A stretch of 64,000 nt of DNA from NCBI GenBank assembly GCA_036172245.1, contig JAYWIR010000014.1:3968001-4032000 (forward strand), written 5' to 3'. Positions 1 through 13,400 of this stretch are shown one piece after another. The first letter of the stretch is position 1. Every line of letters starts with the position of its first letter. Position numbers and translations under genes: made by a program. The notes beneath the pieces were generated by a model. The model did not search any database, was not told the origin of the DNA, and was given only the letters and a program-made list of their open reading frames with translations. The stretch is from Raillietiella orientalis. Its lineage: Eukaryota.

Positions 1-838
1 TGGAGACGCCTTTCGTGAGCCAAGAGATAGATGGACCCTCCTTGTGCTGCTGCTCTCCCCAGGCGAAGAGCTCCCGCTTGCTTAGCGAGGTTGCCTTTGG
101 CATTTTCAGGTCAGGAGCTTCCCTTCTGCCCGTGAACGACTCTGTCTTTCCGTATCGGCAACACACGACGCTCCCGGGCTGGCGCGGCTTTCAGGATGCT
201 GCAGCTGCCCGCCTTGGAGACGGGTGCTGTTTTCCCCAGGTGCAGCGAGGACAACTGCTCACTGCGGGTCCTAATGCCGCCGTTGCTGCAGATCCTCGCA
301 GCTGGTTATCCGGGATGTGTGCCCGGCACGTGTCGCGGACGCGCCCTCCCTTCGGAGCGCGCCCATCCTGCGTCCGTCTGCTGGGGACACCCAAATTCCC
401 GCAAGAGTTGCTCCTCCGTCTTCTTGATGGGTTGTTCCTCTGCTCATCCTTTCCTCGAGCTGCCCCTCCAGGAGCTCCTGCTAGGGGCTTCGCTGGTGAC
501 CATGGAGAAGCAGCGTGGGAGGAACAGTCGAGCGCGTGGACGAGGGAGCCAAATAGCCACGGCAGCGACCAACAAGAGAGGGAGGGAGGAGGGCCGAAAG
601 AGGAGTAGCTAGGAGAGCGGGCGGCAAAACAAGGGGCCGTGAGTTGCGAGAGGAGGAACAGCCGAAACGTGTCAAGCGGACGACCCGCACCCGCGGCAGC
701 AGTCAGTCGTGTCGCGCGTCCCACTTCCCAAGCAACCGCCTCCGCGTTCTGCCGGGACTCCTCGGATCCCACAGTGCCGGAGGGCCTACCGCTGGCACTC
801 GGGCCGATGCCCGAGTCCTTCCGGAGGGGAAAGGGAGG

Positions 839-1030
839 CCCTTAGCATCTCCTCGAAAGCCGCCGCCGCGGGTCTCGAAGGCGCAGCTAAACCTCAACGA
901 TAACTGACCTGTTCTTCCCCTGAGGAGCTCGGTGTCTGACCGAGGTCTGGAGCCTACTTCCGAGATGGGATGGTTCCAGGTCCCCTCCGCTCCCCGCTGT
1001 TCCCGCGTCTCGTCTTCAGGTTGGTTCACC
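839..1030 (+). repeat. Left arm of a ~190-bp inverted repeat
   Basis: Reverse complement of 2925-3118 with scattered substitutions (e.g. gttccaggtcccctccgctcccc..cttcaggttggttcacc vs ggtgaaccaacctgaag..ggggagcggaggggacctggaa). Confidence 0.9.
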
Positions 1031-2924
1031 AGATCGTCGTGCCTGCTGGTGGTGGGACCGGCATGTGGCACGAGCGGTCGAGAATCGGTCTTCCCGCAGC
1101 GTCCTCGACCCGCACCGCGCATCTCCCGCACGAGCGATCCGCATCTTCCCTTGTGGGCGCCGCTCGTACCGCAGCACCGAGTCGAGGCGATCCGCGCTCA
1201 CGAGGAGACGGTTGGGGAGTAGCGCGCATGCGCACTACGAAACCAAGGGATCGGGCGTCGGGCCGCTTCCGGCTGGAAACGGACTGGGGAGCACTGCTGC
1301 CGCCCCACGTGTGGCGTGAACCTTCCCTGGTCAAGAACGAGCAAGATGGTGGTGGTGCCATGCCGAACTGCGCCGGCACGGATACTGGAGAAAACTTCAG
1401 GTCACGCGGTGCGATCGGAGGTGAAACCGGCTCGGGGGCATCGGAGGCTGCAATCCCGGAGAGCAACGCGGTGCAAGGCGGAGAAAAGGAATCTCCCTGG
1501 ACGGATGCGAGCCAGGAATGTGGGCCAAGCTGATCAGAGGAGTGGGGCGCAAGGAAAGGTGGGGACGCAAATCCAAAACGATGCCCAGCGCGCAGGAACC
1601 CATGCGCTGTTCCAGGGAGAGATTCGAGGCATTTCGGGGAACTTTCTCGAATAGGGGGAGCTTCAACAGGCTCCAGGAGTGAGAAAAAGGCGAGAGGGGA
1701 GCCTCAGGATGAGAAGGACGCTGCTGGAAGTCGAGGGCAACGGTCCAAGCCCGTGAGGAGACGGAATCCGGGCGTTCCTGCCGGCCGAAGGAGTCGCAGA
1801 TATCCGAGTCACATGGAGGCTCCAGGGAAGAGGGGAAGGAGAGGTGGCGAGAGATGCCCCCAGAGGGCGCTGGACGGGTGGCTATCACGCCGGATGGAGC
1901 ACATCCGAAGTCCGCAGTCGATCGGTGCGGTGCGCGAACCCGGCTCCGGGCTCAGCAGGTGTGACCTTTCACTGCCGACTCAGCTATAGAGCGAGACCTG
2001 CTCCTGAGGCAGCGGACAGTCGGGGCGGCACCAAGGGGACGGGGACAGGGACGGAGGGAACATACGTCCCCGTTTTCCCTCTTCAGATTCCCGAGGAGAT
2101 TTCGGGGTGACGAAGGGGGGGAGGGGTCCAGTTTTTCCAGCCACAGCGGGCGCCCTCTCCGGCAGCGGCAGCAGCCAGAGAGGAGGGGAGGGAAGGGGTG
2201 GGGGGAACGGCGGAAGACTAAGGAAGCACAGTCTCCTTCTCTAGAGCGGAAGTGCTCCAGAGAAGAGAAGATGCAGGTCCGGGTGGGGTCGTGGAACGGC
2301 CAAGACGCTTCACGGGATCTCCGTGCCCGGAGGGAAGAGGGGTCGCTCAAGGAGCGAGGTGCGGTCCTCCGCGCGTTCCCCCAGGGAGACGGACGGGGAG
2401 GACGGAGCAACCCTCGGGGGCGGGAAGAGAGGGGGAAGGGGTCTGCAGCTGACGGCACCTCTGGCCCGGAAAGGGCACGCAGACGGAAGGGCCGGGATCG
2501 CTGAGGCTGCTGACTGAAGGTTGGAGTGCAAGCAGGAGCTTCTGTGCAAAGGGTGCGAAAGGCTCCACTCCTTTCGCGGGTCGTGCCTGGTCGTCCGGGT
2601 CCGAGCACGGAAGTCTCCGCGGAGGGAACAGCCGGTGCGGAGAATGCCTGGGCCCGAAGGGGCGTGGCGAGGCGGCGGGGGTGCCGGACAAACCCGCGGG
2701 GGTCTCCGGATGCGGCTGCCGCAGGATCCCTTCCTACTCATTCCGCTTCCTAGGACGGGGCCACCTGAGGGCGACCTCTGCCTCTCGGAGTCATGCGCGA
2801 CCCCCCTAGGAAGGCGTCGGAGCTTCCGGTTGGGGCCTATCACTTCCCGAAAGTCACCTGCCGAGGACTCCTCGGTGCAAGCCCAGCCGACGCCCGTCTT
2901 CCCTCCGGTCCCTCTGTCCTCGAG

Positions 2925-3118
2925 GGTGAACCAACCTGAAGAGGAGACGTGGGAACAGTGGGGAGCGGAGGGGACCTGGAATCTTCCCATCCCGGAAGTA
3001 GGCTCCAGGCTTCGGTCAGACGCTGGGCGCCTCAGGGGAAGAACAGGTCAGTTAACGTTGAAGTTTAGCTGCGCCTTCGAGAGACCTGCGGCGGCGGCCT
3101 TCGAGCAGATGCGAAGGG
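2925..3118 (-). repeat. Right arm of a ~190-bp inverted repeat
   Basis: Inverted copy of 839-1030; the translated shadows match too (FQVPSAP.CS.VSSSGWFT on opposite strands). Confidence 0.9.
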
Positions 3119-4129
3119 TAGAGGGGCCGCTTCTCGAAACGCGCGTGACGAAGCCCCGCGTCCGCTCCACGCTGGCGCGTGATGTCGGTTGGGGCCCCTC
3201 GCATTCGGGCCGCAGCCCTTTTCCCCAGGAGGGGAGGGAGAGGCGCCACCACTGGACTCCCTCGCTCCTCCCTCCGCGGCGATCTCCCCCTCCGCCAATG
3301 CGCTCGCTCACACGGCGGGGGGAAGGGGCGCAGCCATACCCTACGGGGAATTCGCGCCCCTGGGAGCCACTTGCTGCCTGAGGGTACTCCCGAGCTGACC
3401 CCGGAAGGAGTTAGCGGACGGCAGCAGTCGGGAGGGTCACCCTCTCCACGGAATCTCTGGGCTCCCGCCCGGGCAGGTGGTGGGTCGGGTAAGGGCGCCG
3501 GCAGTCGCCAGTGACGGCGAGGCAGGGGATTCCCCACGGCCGTTGGGTCACCGGTGCTCCTCCCGCTGGCGGAGATAGTCAATCCTGAGAGAGGCGGAGT
3601 GGGGGTAGGACCTCGTAGTTTCCCCCCCTTCCCGAGCGAGATGAGTCCTTCTCTCCCCTTCCCTCGAGGGGGAGGAGGATGTCCCCGAGCTTCCGAAGGC
3701 CGACAGCGTGACCCGGCCTCGAGGCGCCGCCGCCGGCGAGTTTCTCCTTCCTAGCCTGGTTCCGGGAAACGTCGGGAGATTTCCACGAACGTGCGCAGTC
3801 CGCGAGAGCGAGCGAGCAAGGGGGGGTCATGGGGAGGGAAGGAGGAACGGGTCGGGTTGCTTGGGGCGAGACCGAACGTCGGTGGAGGAGGAGGCGGGGA
3901 TTTCCGTGGTGCGCGAAGGCTGCTGCCGCCGAGCGCGAGCACCTGCTCTCCGCACTCTAGGTCCTCCCGACGGCGTGACGACAGCGATGATGTCACGCCC
4001 CGCCCCCCTCTCTCTCTTTCCGCCGGCGCGCGCACTTGCTGACGGGCGCGCGCGCGTCCTCTCCCCTCTTCCACCGCTTGTCCGGACGAGCACACCACCT
4101 CCACTTCTCCCCATCCTCCTCCTCCCCCC

Positions 4130-4270
4130 CCCGGGTGACGTCACCGCCTCTCCACCTTCCGGTTCGCGCACGGCGCCGCTGCTCTCCTCTTCCGTCTTTC
4201 CTCCCCCTGCCCCCTCCCTCCTCCTCCTCCTCCCTCCCTCTCGCTCGCGCGCCCGAGCCCGAGATAAGCC
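4130..4270 (+). promoter_or_regulatory. Putative Pvr proximal promoter (CRE, ETS and GATA motifs in a CpG-rich tract)
   Basis: GGTGACGTCACC palindrome 4134-4145, CTTCCGG 4156-4162, AGATAA 4262-4267, 90-220 nt upstream of the ATG; function inferred only. Confidence 0.35.
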
Positions 4271-4355
4271 CGCGGAGGTGCGCGGGAGTGTGGCGAGGCG
4301 TGCGCGCGCGGGCGGGACGTGTGAAGCGGTCGCTCCGTGGTGGGACGCCCCCGCG

Positions 4356-4419
4356 ATGGCCCTGCGGAGCTCTCGGTCACTGGCCGTTGCCGCCGTCGCC
4401 CTAGTGTGCGCCGTCGCAG
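4356..4419 (+). CDS. Pvr: Pvr exon 1, signal peptide [21 protein letters not shown]
   Basis: ATG in gcgATGg context, hydrophobic leader, strong donor CAG|GTGAGT (phase 1) compatible with exon 2 acceptor ttccttccag at 6746. Confidence 0.8.
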
Positions 4420-7400
4420 GTGAGTCGCGCGCGCGCGCTGCTGCCCGCGTCGCGTAGGCCCTTCAGACCCCACCCGGCGCCCGGAAGTGGGGGGTGCCCG
4501 GGGAGGGCCGGAAAGGTTCCTCGCTCCTCCCGGGGGTGGGGGGGTTAGATGGACGGGCGGACGAATTTTCTCTCCCGTCCCTCCCGCACGTCGCCTCCAG
4601 CCCCCATCCCTTCCGCGCCCTCTCCCTCATGCGCGCCCCTCGTCCGCTGCCTCCCGCCGCCGCCTGCAGCGCCGCCCACCGAGCTTCACTCCCGTCGCCG
4701 CCGCCGCCGCTGCCCGCAAGGTGGCGGAGGCCGTTCCGGAATGGTGGCTTCTCCCGTCTCGCAGGGGCGGAGCGATGAGGGGCTTGCAGGGGAAGGAAAG
4801 GAAGGAAAGGGGGTCCGGCACGAAGGCGGGAAAGCCGCGTCTGCTTGTCGCCGCTGCTGCCGCCGCGCGGGGAAGCGGGGAACAAACACGGACACGCATC
4901 GACACGGCGGAGACTGCGGCGCAGCAGTCGCGCGCGCATGCGCGGTCGGAGGAACGTGACTCGTGCGGCGGGTCCGGTGCACTCCGTCGGTCCGACCGCT
5001 CGAGCCTGCGGAGGTGCGCTCTCACCTCCCCCTCCCACGTTGCTCCGGGCGACTGCCGGGCGTTTCCCGGGGAAACCTCCGTCGCCTCGAAGAACAAGGC
5101 AGAGACGGAGACCCTCCCCCCTCTCCCCTCTCCGCGCTCTGCTTCCGCAGCCGCCTTATCTTATCGGCGAGCAGCTGACGCAACTCGAGGCGCTGGCGGA
5201 ATGCGCGCGCAAGCGCGGGGTGATCGAATCGGCGCCGCCTTCCGCGTCGCCGCGCGCGGAGCAAGTGGGTCGGCTGGGTCGTTCGGTCACCGGACGACAC
5301 CGCAGCCTCCCCAAAGCGTCTCTCCCCCCCCCCCCCCTCCGTGCCCTCTCGTTGAGGTGGTCGCCACCGCAGCTGATGCGGCACGGCCGCCCCGTCTCAC
5401 GGTCCTCGCCGTTCCCCGTCGCCGTCGCCATCACCCACGCCGCCCTCAGCACGCACGCTCCCGCGCCTGCCTATGGGATCCCGTCTCCTCAAGAGAGCGG
5501 GAAGGGGAAGAGGCGGGGATCCCCGAGGGGGAGAGATACCCGCATCCGCTCCCGGGTGGGCGATCTCGGGACGAGTTTCGGGGCGATTGCGTGGCGCCTC
5601 TCCTGTCACTGGAGGTTCTCCCGTCGGCGCACCGGTGCGGGACAGCGGATAAGCCTCCAGGCCCGGCTCTCTTTGCGGCCCCTTCGGGTCGTTCCCGAGA
5701 GGTCACGGGAACTTCCTGCGGCGGTCTCGGGTCAGCGTGCGCGCTCCCGTTCGGTGGGGGTACTTCCAGACAACAATCGCTCAGGTGGCCTCCCCGGCGC
5801 CATGGCTGGGCCCATGCTGCGTGCGTCGCCAGCAAACATAGAGGCATTGCCGTCTCTCCATCCCCTACGGTCGTATCCTGCCCCCTCACCTCCACTTGGG
5901 CAGCTGACCCGAGGAGCGACAGCATAGCTTCACCACGGAGGCAGCGGTTGAGAGGGCCTGGGAGGCCTCCTCCGGGAGGACTGCCGGCCGTCCTTCGAAG
6001 CGATTTTCAGGGCCTCCTCTTACCCCATTCTCTTCCCCCTCCCCCGGCCGAGCTTCCCCACGGTAAGTTCTGCTGCCGCCAGCGCTCCCCGCCACCATCC
6101 TTCCGAGCGCGCCCATTGCCTTCCGGGAGCGTGGTGCTTGCTTTCAGGAGGGAGAGGGAGAGGCGGTGGCACCGCTCCCTGCCAGTCTGCGCGGAGGCGA
6201 AGGGGCGCCGCGGGAGGAAAGAAGGGAGGTCGCAGTGGTGTTCCTGCCCGTCGCTGCGGGCTTTCTTCTGGTCAGTTCCGCCCGTCCGGAAACCCTGGCC
6301 TTCCTCTCCTGGAGGAGAGGGGGGAATGAATGGACCCGGTGCTCCGGCAGCCCCGTAGGTAGGAAGGGGTGCTCGCTTCACCCTTTCCTCCTGTCTCTTC
6401 CTGTTGCTTCCCCGGCAATTCCTGCAGGATCCTCTTCCTTGACCCTTCTTCCTCCGCGAGTCCTGGATCTAGGCGCGAGCGCTCCGGGAGTTGTCGGGGA
6501 GAACCCAGGAGGGCCCCGAGTCGCATGCGACGAGGGGGCCTGGACCTCCCTCTGCGGGGGGAGGAAGAGAAATGCGCCCGCGGAGGACGAGAGTCTTCGT
6601 GTCTTCCCCTCCTTTTCGACTGGGCGAGGGGATCGGAAAGATGCTGCCGGGACTCTGGGAGAGGCTCGGGAGCGACTTCTGCTCCCTCACGACTCTGCGC
6701 CATCGCTGGTCCTTGCAGCATTTCCGCCCGTCTCTCTTCCTTCCAGTGTGCCGCTCCGAAGTCCCGGAAATCCGTCCCAGCCTCTCGACGATCGTCGTCC
6801 CGGCGGGAGAGAAGTTCAGCGCAGAGTGCCGCGGCTCCTCACCTCTCGGCTGGACCATCGAGTCGCCATCCGCGGTAAGGAGGGGCGGGAGGACGGGAGA
6901 TCCTCCCCTCCGGACCAACCCGCCGCTCATGAGGGGCTCCTCGTAGGCGAAGAAGGCTTTGCTGAAGGAGTTCCCAGGAGACCCTCCGTGGGAAAACGTT
7001 CACGTGGTCACCGTGGACCCTGTCCACTACTTGGACACCGGGTACTTCCGCTGCTTCTACAAGAAGGACGCCGACTCATTCGGCAGGAACGAGAGCCTAT
7101 CAGCCTCCATCTACCTCTACGCCAAAGGTAGGCAGAGGCATGCTCGTTGCCCGGAGTGACACGGCCCGTGATCCCGCGATCGGAGAGGCCCAGGCCATCA
7201 TCCGTCCACAGCTCCACCTCGCCTTCCTCCGCAGCTTCCCTTCAGCCGGCCCAAAACGAAGAGCCGCCCGAGACCTCTGATCTCTCGTGCGAGAGCCGAA
7301 GGGCATGCCCGAAACCTCCCTCCGCCGGCTGGGGAGCTGCCTCCAGATCAGCGTCCTGCTGTCAGCTGCAGCGGGAAACCCAGGCAAGGAGGAGTTTCTC

Positions 7401-10400
7401 CCGCTCTCCACTCCCACTCTCTGGGAAAAAGGTCACCCGCTTCCTCCTCGGGACGGGTCGGGGTGCGCGAGAGTGGAAGGAGTCCTCCCTGACCGCGTGC
7501 TTTCCCTGGCGAGGCGCCGACGGCGGTCGGGAGGGGGAAAGGCAGCCTCCCTGGACCCGAGGCGCGCTCTCTTAGTCATTGTCTGTGGCAGCTGCGGGAC
7601 GAGGGCGGCGCGAACTCCCCGCCTGGCTTTCCGACCGACCCCTTCACAAGAAGAGAGGACTCAGACGGGAAGAGAAAACCGCCCTCTCTCTCACCCTGCC
7701 GCAAGAAGCGCCTTCGGTTCGGGGGAGGGGAAGAGAGGAAGCAAAATCCCTCGGGAAGATGTCCAGAGTCTGTGGAGGGCGAATGTTCGTCCCCGCTGCA
7801 AAGATGCTCAGCGGCGGCGAAGGTCGGCCGGGCCCTGCAAGAGGGCAATGCGGAGCTCCCTCCTCTTCGCCGGAGGGCGAACCGGCAGCGCCCTCGGGTG
7901 GCGTGCCAAAGAATCCTCAGTCTTTGGTGGACACTGCGAGACGCCGCCACTTCCGAAGGGTCCCGACCGTTCCTGTGCTTTCCAGGAAGCTTCCGAGGTG
8001 CCCTCAGGGACTCCTGCGCACGGGGCGCGGAGATGGGAATAGGTGATTGCGACCTACCCTACTAACTCTTCTGTCGTCGGGCGAGCGGGTGACTCCCACC
8101 CTTCGAGGCAGGCCCTCCCCCGTTCGGGGACTTTGGGGGTGGGGTGAGGGGAAGGTCGTGCGCGACCTACCTTCCTGCCTCAGACTCCTGACGCTCCTCC
8201 TGACCTCTTCCTCCTCAGCAGCTGCGAACCCGAGGCTGCGGCGGGTGGTGGCGGCCGTGGGGTACGAGGACGGTTCGGGACCTGTGCGAACGCCCTCGAC
8301 GTCGGATGGTGCGACGCCACTCGTCAGTAGGGAGTGGCTTCTTTGACCGCGAGTGGCGCGCTGTTGCGACGCTTCCGAAGCACCCCGGGAGGGGAAGGGG
8401 AGTAGCCAAATCGCCTAGGGTGGCGGTGGCGGACAACACACAGACGCGCACGGAGAGGAATGCTGCCGGAAGGACCGCACGGTGCTGGGGTGGGGTGGGG
8501 TCTGGGTCTGCCTCAATCCGAGGAGGGCCGGTCCATGGGTCCGCTGTTCGAGGCGGAGAGCGTGGCGCAAGGGCGGACTGCTGCCTCCAGGGAAGGGAGA
8601 AGCGTCGGAGCCGTTCTGGAGCTGCCCGGCAGGGGGCCGACCTCGATGATCCCTGCGTGTCATCAAATGAGTCTCGGGAAGAGGGTCGTCTCCTCCCTCC
8701 CCTCCTCCCGCCTTCAGCGGAAGTACGGGTTCATGACGTTAGCAGCACAGGTGCCACCGCCGAAGTGACTTCCAGCCCGCAGCTGGAGCCCGGAGGCACG
8801 ATCCTTAGGACAGGCCTCTTCCTGGAAGAGGGGGGCCGGTCCGCCGGAGTGTGGGCGCTCCCTTCCCCTCCCCTCTCCTCTCCCGCCACCAGTGTTGCAG
8901 CTGCAGTGCTTTCAGATGCAGAGAACCTCCTGGCTGTGAAGGAGATCGCAAACCTGATCACCGCGTACCAGGACGTCCCATTCGACATCCCCTGCAAGCC
9001 CACCAACCCAGAGGTCAACATGACCCTGCACAGAGAAGATGCGTCATCTCTGGTAAGCCCTGCGTCCCTCTGATCCTGCCTCCCCCGGGTCAGGACCGCG
9101 CCTGCACCTTTTCGTCAGTTTCCTCCTCCTCCCCTCCTCCCCCCCTTCCCGTCCACTTCCACGTGGACTTTGCGAGCAGGAGGGAGGTGGTCTGGATGCT
9201 GCTGCTGCGGGCGGGTGCTCCTTCCTTGCCTCCTTCCGATGCCGGGAGGGGTCTTTCCCGGCGGAGGGAGAGACGGCGCCTGCGCTGGGATTCCTTCCTC
9301 TCCCTTTCCTTCCAGCTCGAGGAGGGGTGGGGGAGCCGGGAGGAAGAGTGCCCTTCCGCCTGCCTCCCCTGCAAGGGCGGCGCTCCGTCCCCCGTCCTCA
9401 GAGCAACTCCTGCGCCCGGCGAGGCGGGTGGGGCGCGCGCCTTCCGACCCTCGCGAGACGCTCCAACTCCCGGCTGACCTGTGCCCTCGGCAGCTCGACT
9501 CGGACATCAGCTTCGACCCCACCGTGGGTTTCACCCTGAAGAAGGGGATCACCCTGAGGACCTACTTCGAGTGCCGCGGCACCTGGAACCAGAAGAGCAA
9601 CGTGGTCTACTATCACGTGGAGGTTTTGTGTGAGTGAGGCGGGTGCTGCTCGCGGCGGTACGCCCGCTCTTGACCTTTGCAGCGAAGAGCCCCAGCGTGG
9701 CGCTGCCCTACATCACTGCGGGCAAGTACGCCGTCGTGGACTACGGGTACAGCCTGAACTGCACGGTCAACTCGGAGCACGGCAACGTCCTCTTTCTGGA
9801 GTGGAAGTCGGAGAACCCCTACTTCCAGGAGGGGATCCAAGTGAGTGGTAGCGGTTGTGGGTTGTGGGAGGGGGCGTTCCCCCCCCTCGCGCAGCTCCTC
9901 GACCCGATCTCATTCCTCCCCCAGTCCCGGCGCATCTTCCTGGACGACCTGCACGTGGAGACGAAGCTCTCGCCGGTCACCGGCCAGGAGTTCAAGTTCC
10001 TGACGCGCTCCCTCATCTTCACTCGCATAAAGAGGGAAGACGAGGGGAGATACACCTGTGTGGCCGGTAATCATGCCAACAGGAATAACGAGAGCTGGAC
10101 CATTACTGTCCAGAGTAAAGAGAGAGGCTGGAGAGAGAGGGCGCTCTGGAGATAACAAAATCTTCTTCAAGATCCTGGGTTCTCCGAGATCTACATGAGG
10201 ACCGACACGAAGGAGATCGCCGTCAGGGCCAAGCACGACGTCCGCTGGGTGGTTGAGGTGTACGCCTTCCCGCGCCCCAAACTGGTGTGGCGCAAGGATG
10301 GCGCCGTCTTCAAGGAGAGCGCGCGCCACCGGGTCCAGCTGGAGGAGAAGCCCTCGGAGCACTCGGTGTCCGTCATCCTGTCCATCCGCGACGCCCGCGT

Positions 10401-13400
10401 GACCGACTCCGGCCTCTACACCCTGGAGGGGTCCGTACCGGACAAGACCTACCAGATCGACCTCAACCTCGCCGTCCAAGGTGAGTCCTCCGGCGGCGGC
10501 CTGGAGTGCCGCGTGCGCACCGCCGCGTCCACCCCGCCCACCCCACAGACAAGCCGGAGGTGAGCATCAACCACACCGAGAGCTACTACATGGCGGAGGA
10601 GGACGTCCTGTTCGAGTGCAGCGTCGTTTCCCTGCCGACAGCGGAGGTCTCCTGGGAGTTCAGGACGTGTTCGAGTTTCGACGCCTGCGGCGAACCCGAG
10701 CAAGTCCCGGTCAGTGACTCCTAATCCCCACCTTCCTTCACCCCGGTCTTCCTTCTCACACACCGACCCTTCTTCCTTCACAAGGATCCGCCTGCTCACT
10801 CCTCCTCCTCCCCCATTCCTCCCGTTCCGTTCCGAGGCACCCGTCGACACGCGAGCTTCGGCGCCAGGCTTCGTCCCCCATGGCGACTCGCGTCGGTCGT
10901 CGCGCGCGCCTCCCCTCTCGCAGTGCTCGAGCGACCACCTCAGTGACCCTGATCTCTTGCAGGGACACTCGGCGAATCGCGAGACCGTGGTCCAGGAGAA
11001 GAGGAGCTTGGTGGAGTCGGTGGTTTCCTTGACGACAAGCGCCGTGGAGTCCGGCTTTTACACCTGCGTGGCGAAGAACGAGCACGGGTCGGCGAAAGAG
11101 AGGGTGCCTTTCTTCGTCATAGGTGCGCGCGGGGCGTGCAGAGGAGGGGGGGGGGAGGGGAGGACGAAAAGGATCCGTCCCCACCCAAACGCTTCCTCCT
11201 CCACAGATGTGGCCAACGGCTTTGACGTGAAGATCAGCAGCGACTCTCCCGTAGAAGGCGACTCGGTTGTCCTGACCTGCAGCTGGTCCATCTACAAGTA
11301 CTCTGAAAAGGGGTTCTGGTTGCGCGTCATGGACGGAGCCCAGGTTCTAATCTCCGAGATCGAAGGTATGGAGTCTCGCTCCCGTGTCTTCCCTCCCGCA
11401 CCCTTGCGTCCTTGACCTTGACCGCCGACATCCCTCTCGAGGCCGGGAGCGTCGAAGGGCCTGCCGGTGCTCCTTCGAAGCGCCCTGCCGTCGCCTCCGG
11501 CCGGTCGCCTCCCTCCGGAGGGCGCAGGGAGGGGGTGAGGAAGGCGGCCGACTGCGGCTCCTACCCGTCCACCGCGAAGGTGAGGCGGGGCCGATGTGCC
11601 CTTCGGCAGCCCGCTGCACCGCCGCCGGTACCGTCGACTTTAATCATCCGCGTGCAGAGCAGGTGAGGCGCGCGTCTACGCCGTTGTGTGTGTGGGGGGG
11701 GAGGGGGCACACGCGCGAGAAACTTCGCTTCTTCGTGGAACATGAGATTCTCCCTTCCGTCCTCCCTGCCCGCGCACCCTTTTGGCGAAGCGCCCTCCCG
11801 CCATCCGTGAGCCCTCTGCGCGTGCGCGCATCCCGTCCTGCCTCCCCTCTCACGTCCCGGACGCTCCGGCTTTGCCTGAGCACGGCTCTGTTGACCCCAT
11901 CAGCGCGGGGTTTGGCTCCCTGAAAGCGGCCAGAAGTCTTTCGCCGACCTTTCGCGTGAGCACGCGCGCCTCCCGTTGCAGACCGGGCGGCTGCTCCAGC
12001 CAGCATCACAGAGGGGGAGAAAATCTTCCCCATCCACTTCCACCCTCGACATCCGCCCGCCGCGCACCCATGATGCTCCCTCCGAGAGAGCGGGACGTCA
12101 TCGACGCTCCCTCGCCAACTCCGGCTCTCCCGGTCCTGCCGGATGCTGCCCCACTGTTGGTCCGGAGGGATTCCGGAAGGAATCGGGTAGCTGGCACGAG
12201 AGCGTTCCCGGCTCAGCTGCTGCTGCATCCGGGTCGACGGCGTGCCTTTGCGCTCCCGAGATCTGAGATCTCGGGACGGTACAGCATGCGGACGGTGCCA
12301 CCGTAGCAGCCGCCCGCGCGCCTTCTCCCGGAGTCCTCAGCAATCCATTCTGGAAGAAACGGGTCGTGGACAACTGGGGCGCAGTAACCCTGCAGCGGCG
12401 CGCCCTCTTTCCTGCGGCGGTTGTGAGGTGCTCCGGGCGGCTGCGCCACAAGACATCATCGTGGAGGATGTTTGACCGCGCGCGGCGCCGAGCGTTGCGG
12501 TCAAAAATCTCTCCCCCCTCCTCCCAGTAAGGGATCTACGCCGACTGGTGCATGCGTCGTGGGGGTTTCGAGTCCCCCTGAAGGACGCTGGTTGGCTGCG
12601 GGTGTGGCACGGGAATGTCGCCTGTAGGCGCGTGGAAGACCGGGTGCCCCCCGTCGACCGGCCGTAACCAGAAGTGCAGTGTACCCTCCGGGCTTCTCTT
12701 CCAGTTGTGTGATGGAGACGACCCCCCTCGGAGGGTCCTCCATCGTGTTCATGGAGTTGGCTCCTCCTCGGGAGATTCCTGCCCAGTGTCTTGGAGGCTC
12801 CCTTTCCCCTTCGGGGAAGCCCTTCGGAGAGAATAAGGAAGAGGTTCCCTCTCGGTTTCCCTCTGGGAAAGAAATCCGGGATGGATCCTTTCCGTGTTTC
12901 CTCCGGTGGGAATGGAGAAGAGGTTCCTTTTCGGTTCTACCCTGAAAATGCCCCCTATCGGGGTCATCGGTCAAATTCCTCAGTACCTGACGAAGATCTC
13001 CTGTAGGATGTTTACCCGAATGCTATGTGCCCGAGGGAGCCATCGTTCCCAGTCACGCGACACCAAGATCGCCGTTCTGGCACTCAGATCGCAGTCGTGG
13101 CATGGCGGTTCAGGATTGCGCGGTATAACCCAAAGAAGAGGGTCTCCACTGGTTCCCCCGTATCCCCTCGATCTGGCCAGCCCGGTCTTTCGTAGGTCGG
13201 TCCGTGGCAGGCGTCCATAAGCTCGCTTGGGGATGGGGGCTGTTCCTTGTCGGAGTGAGTGAAGCCCCTGCCGTGAGGGCTCGCCCCCACCGGACTGTCG
13301 GCCCTCCTGCTCGGCGCCGAGTGCAGCCCACAGCTTCCGCCGCGTCATGTCTGGTGACGCACGCAGTCGTCCCCTGGAGTCTCCGCGAGGATGGGGGTTT

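Noticed and set aside
4487..6358. 623-aa ORF and other long ORFs in Pvr introns and upstream DNA
   Set aside because: R/P/G/A/S-rich translations with no domain motifs, overlapping in several frames; expected from stop-codon scarcity in GC-rich DNA
12800..12950. Short degenerate direct repeat GAAGAGGTTCC(C/T)T(C/T)TCGGTT, as CRISPR-like or satellite
   Set aside because: Only two diverged units; eukaryotic intron; no array
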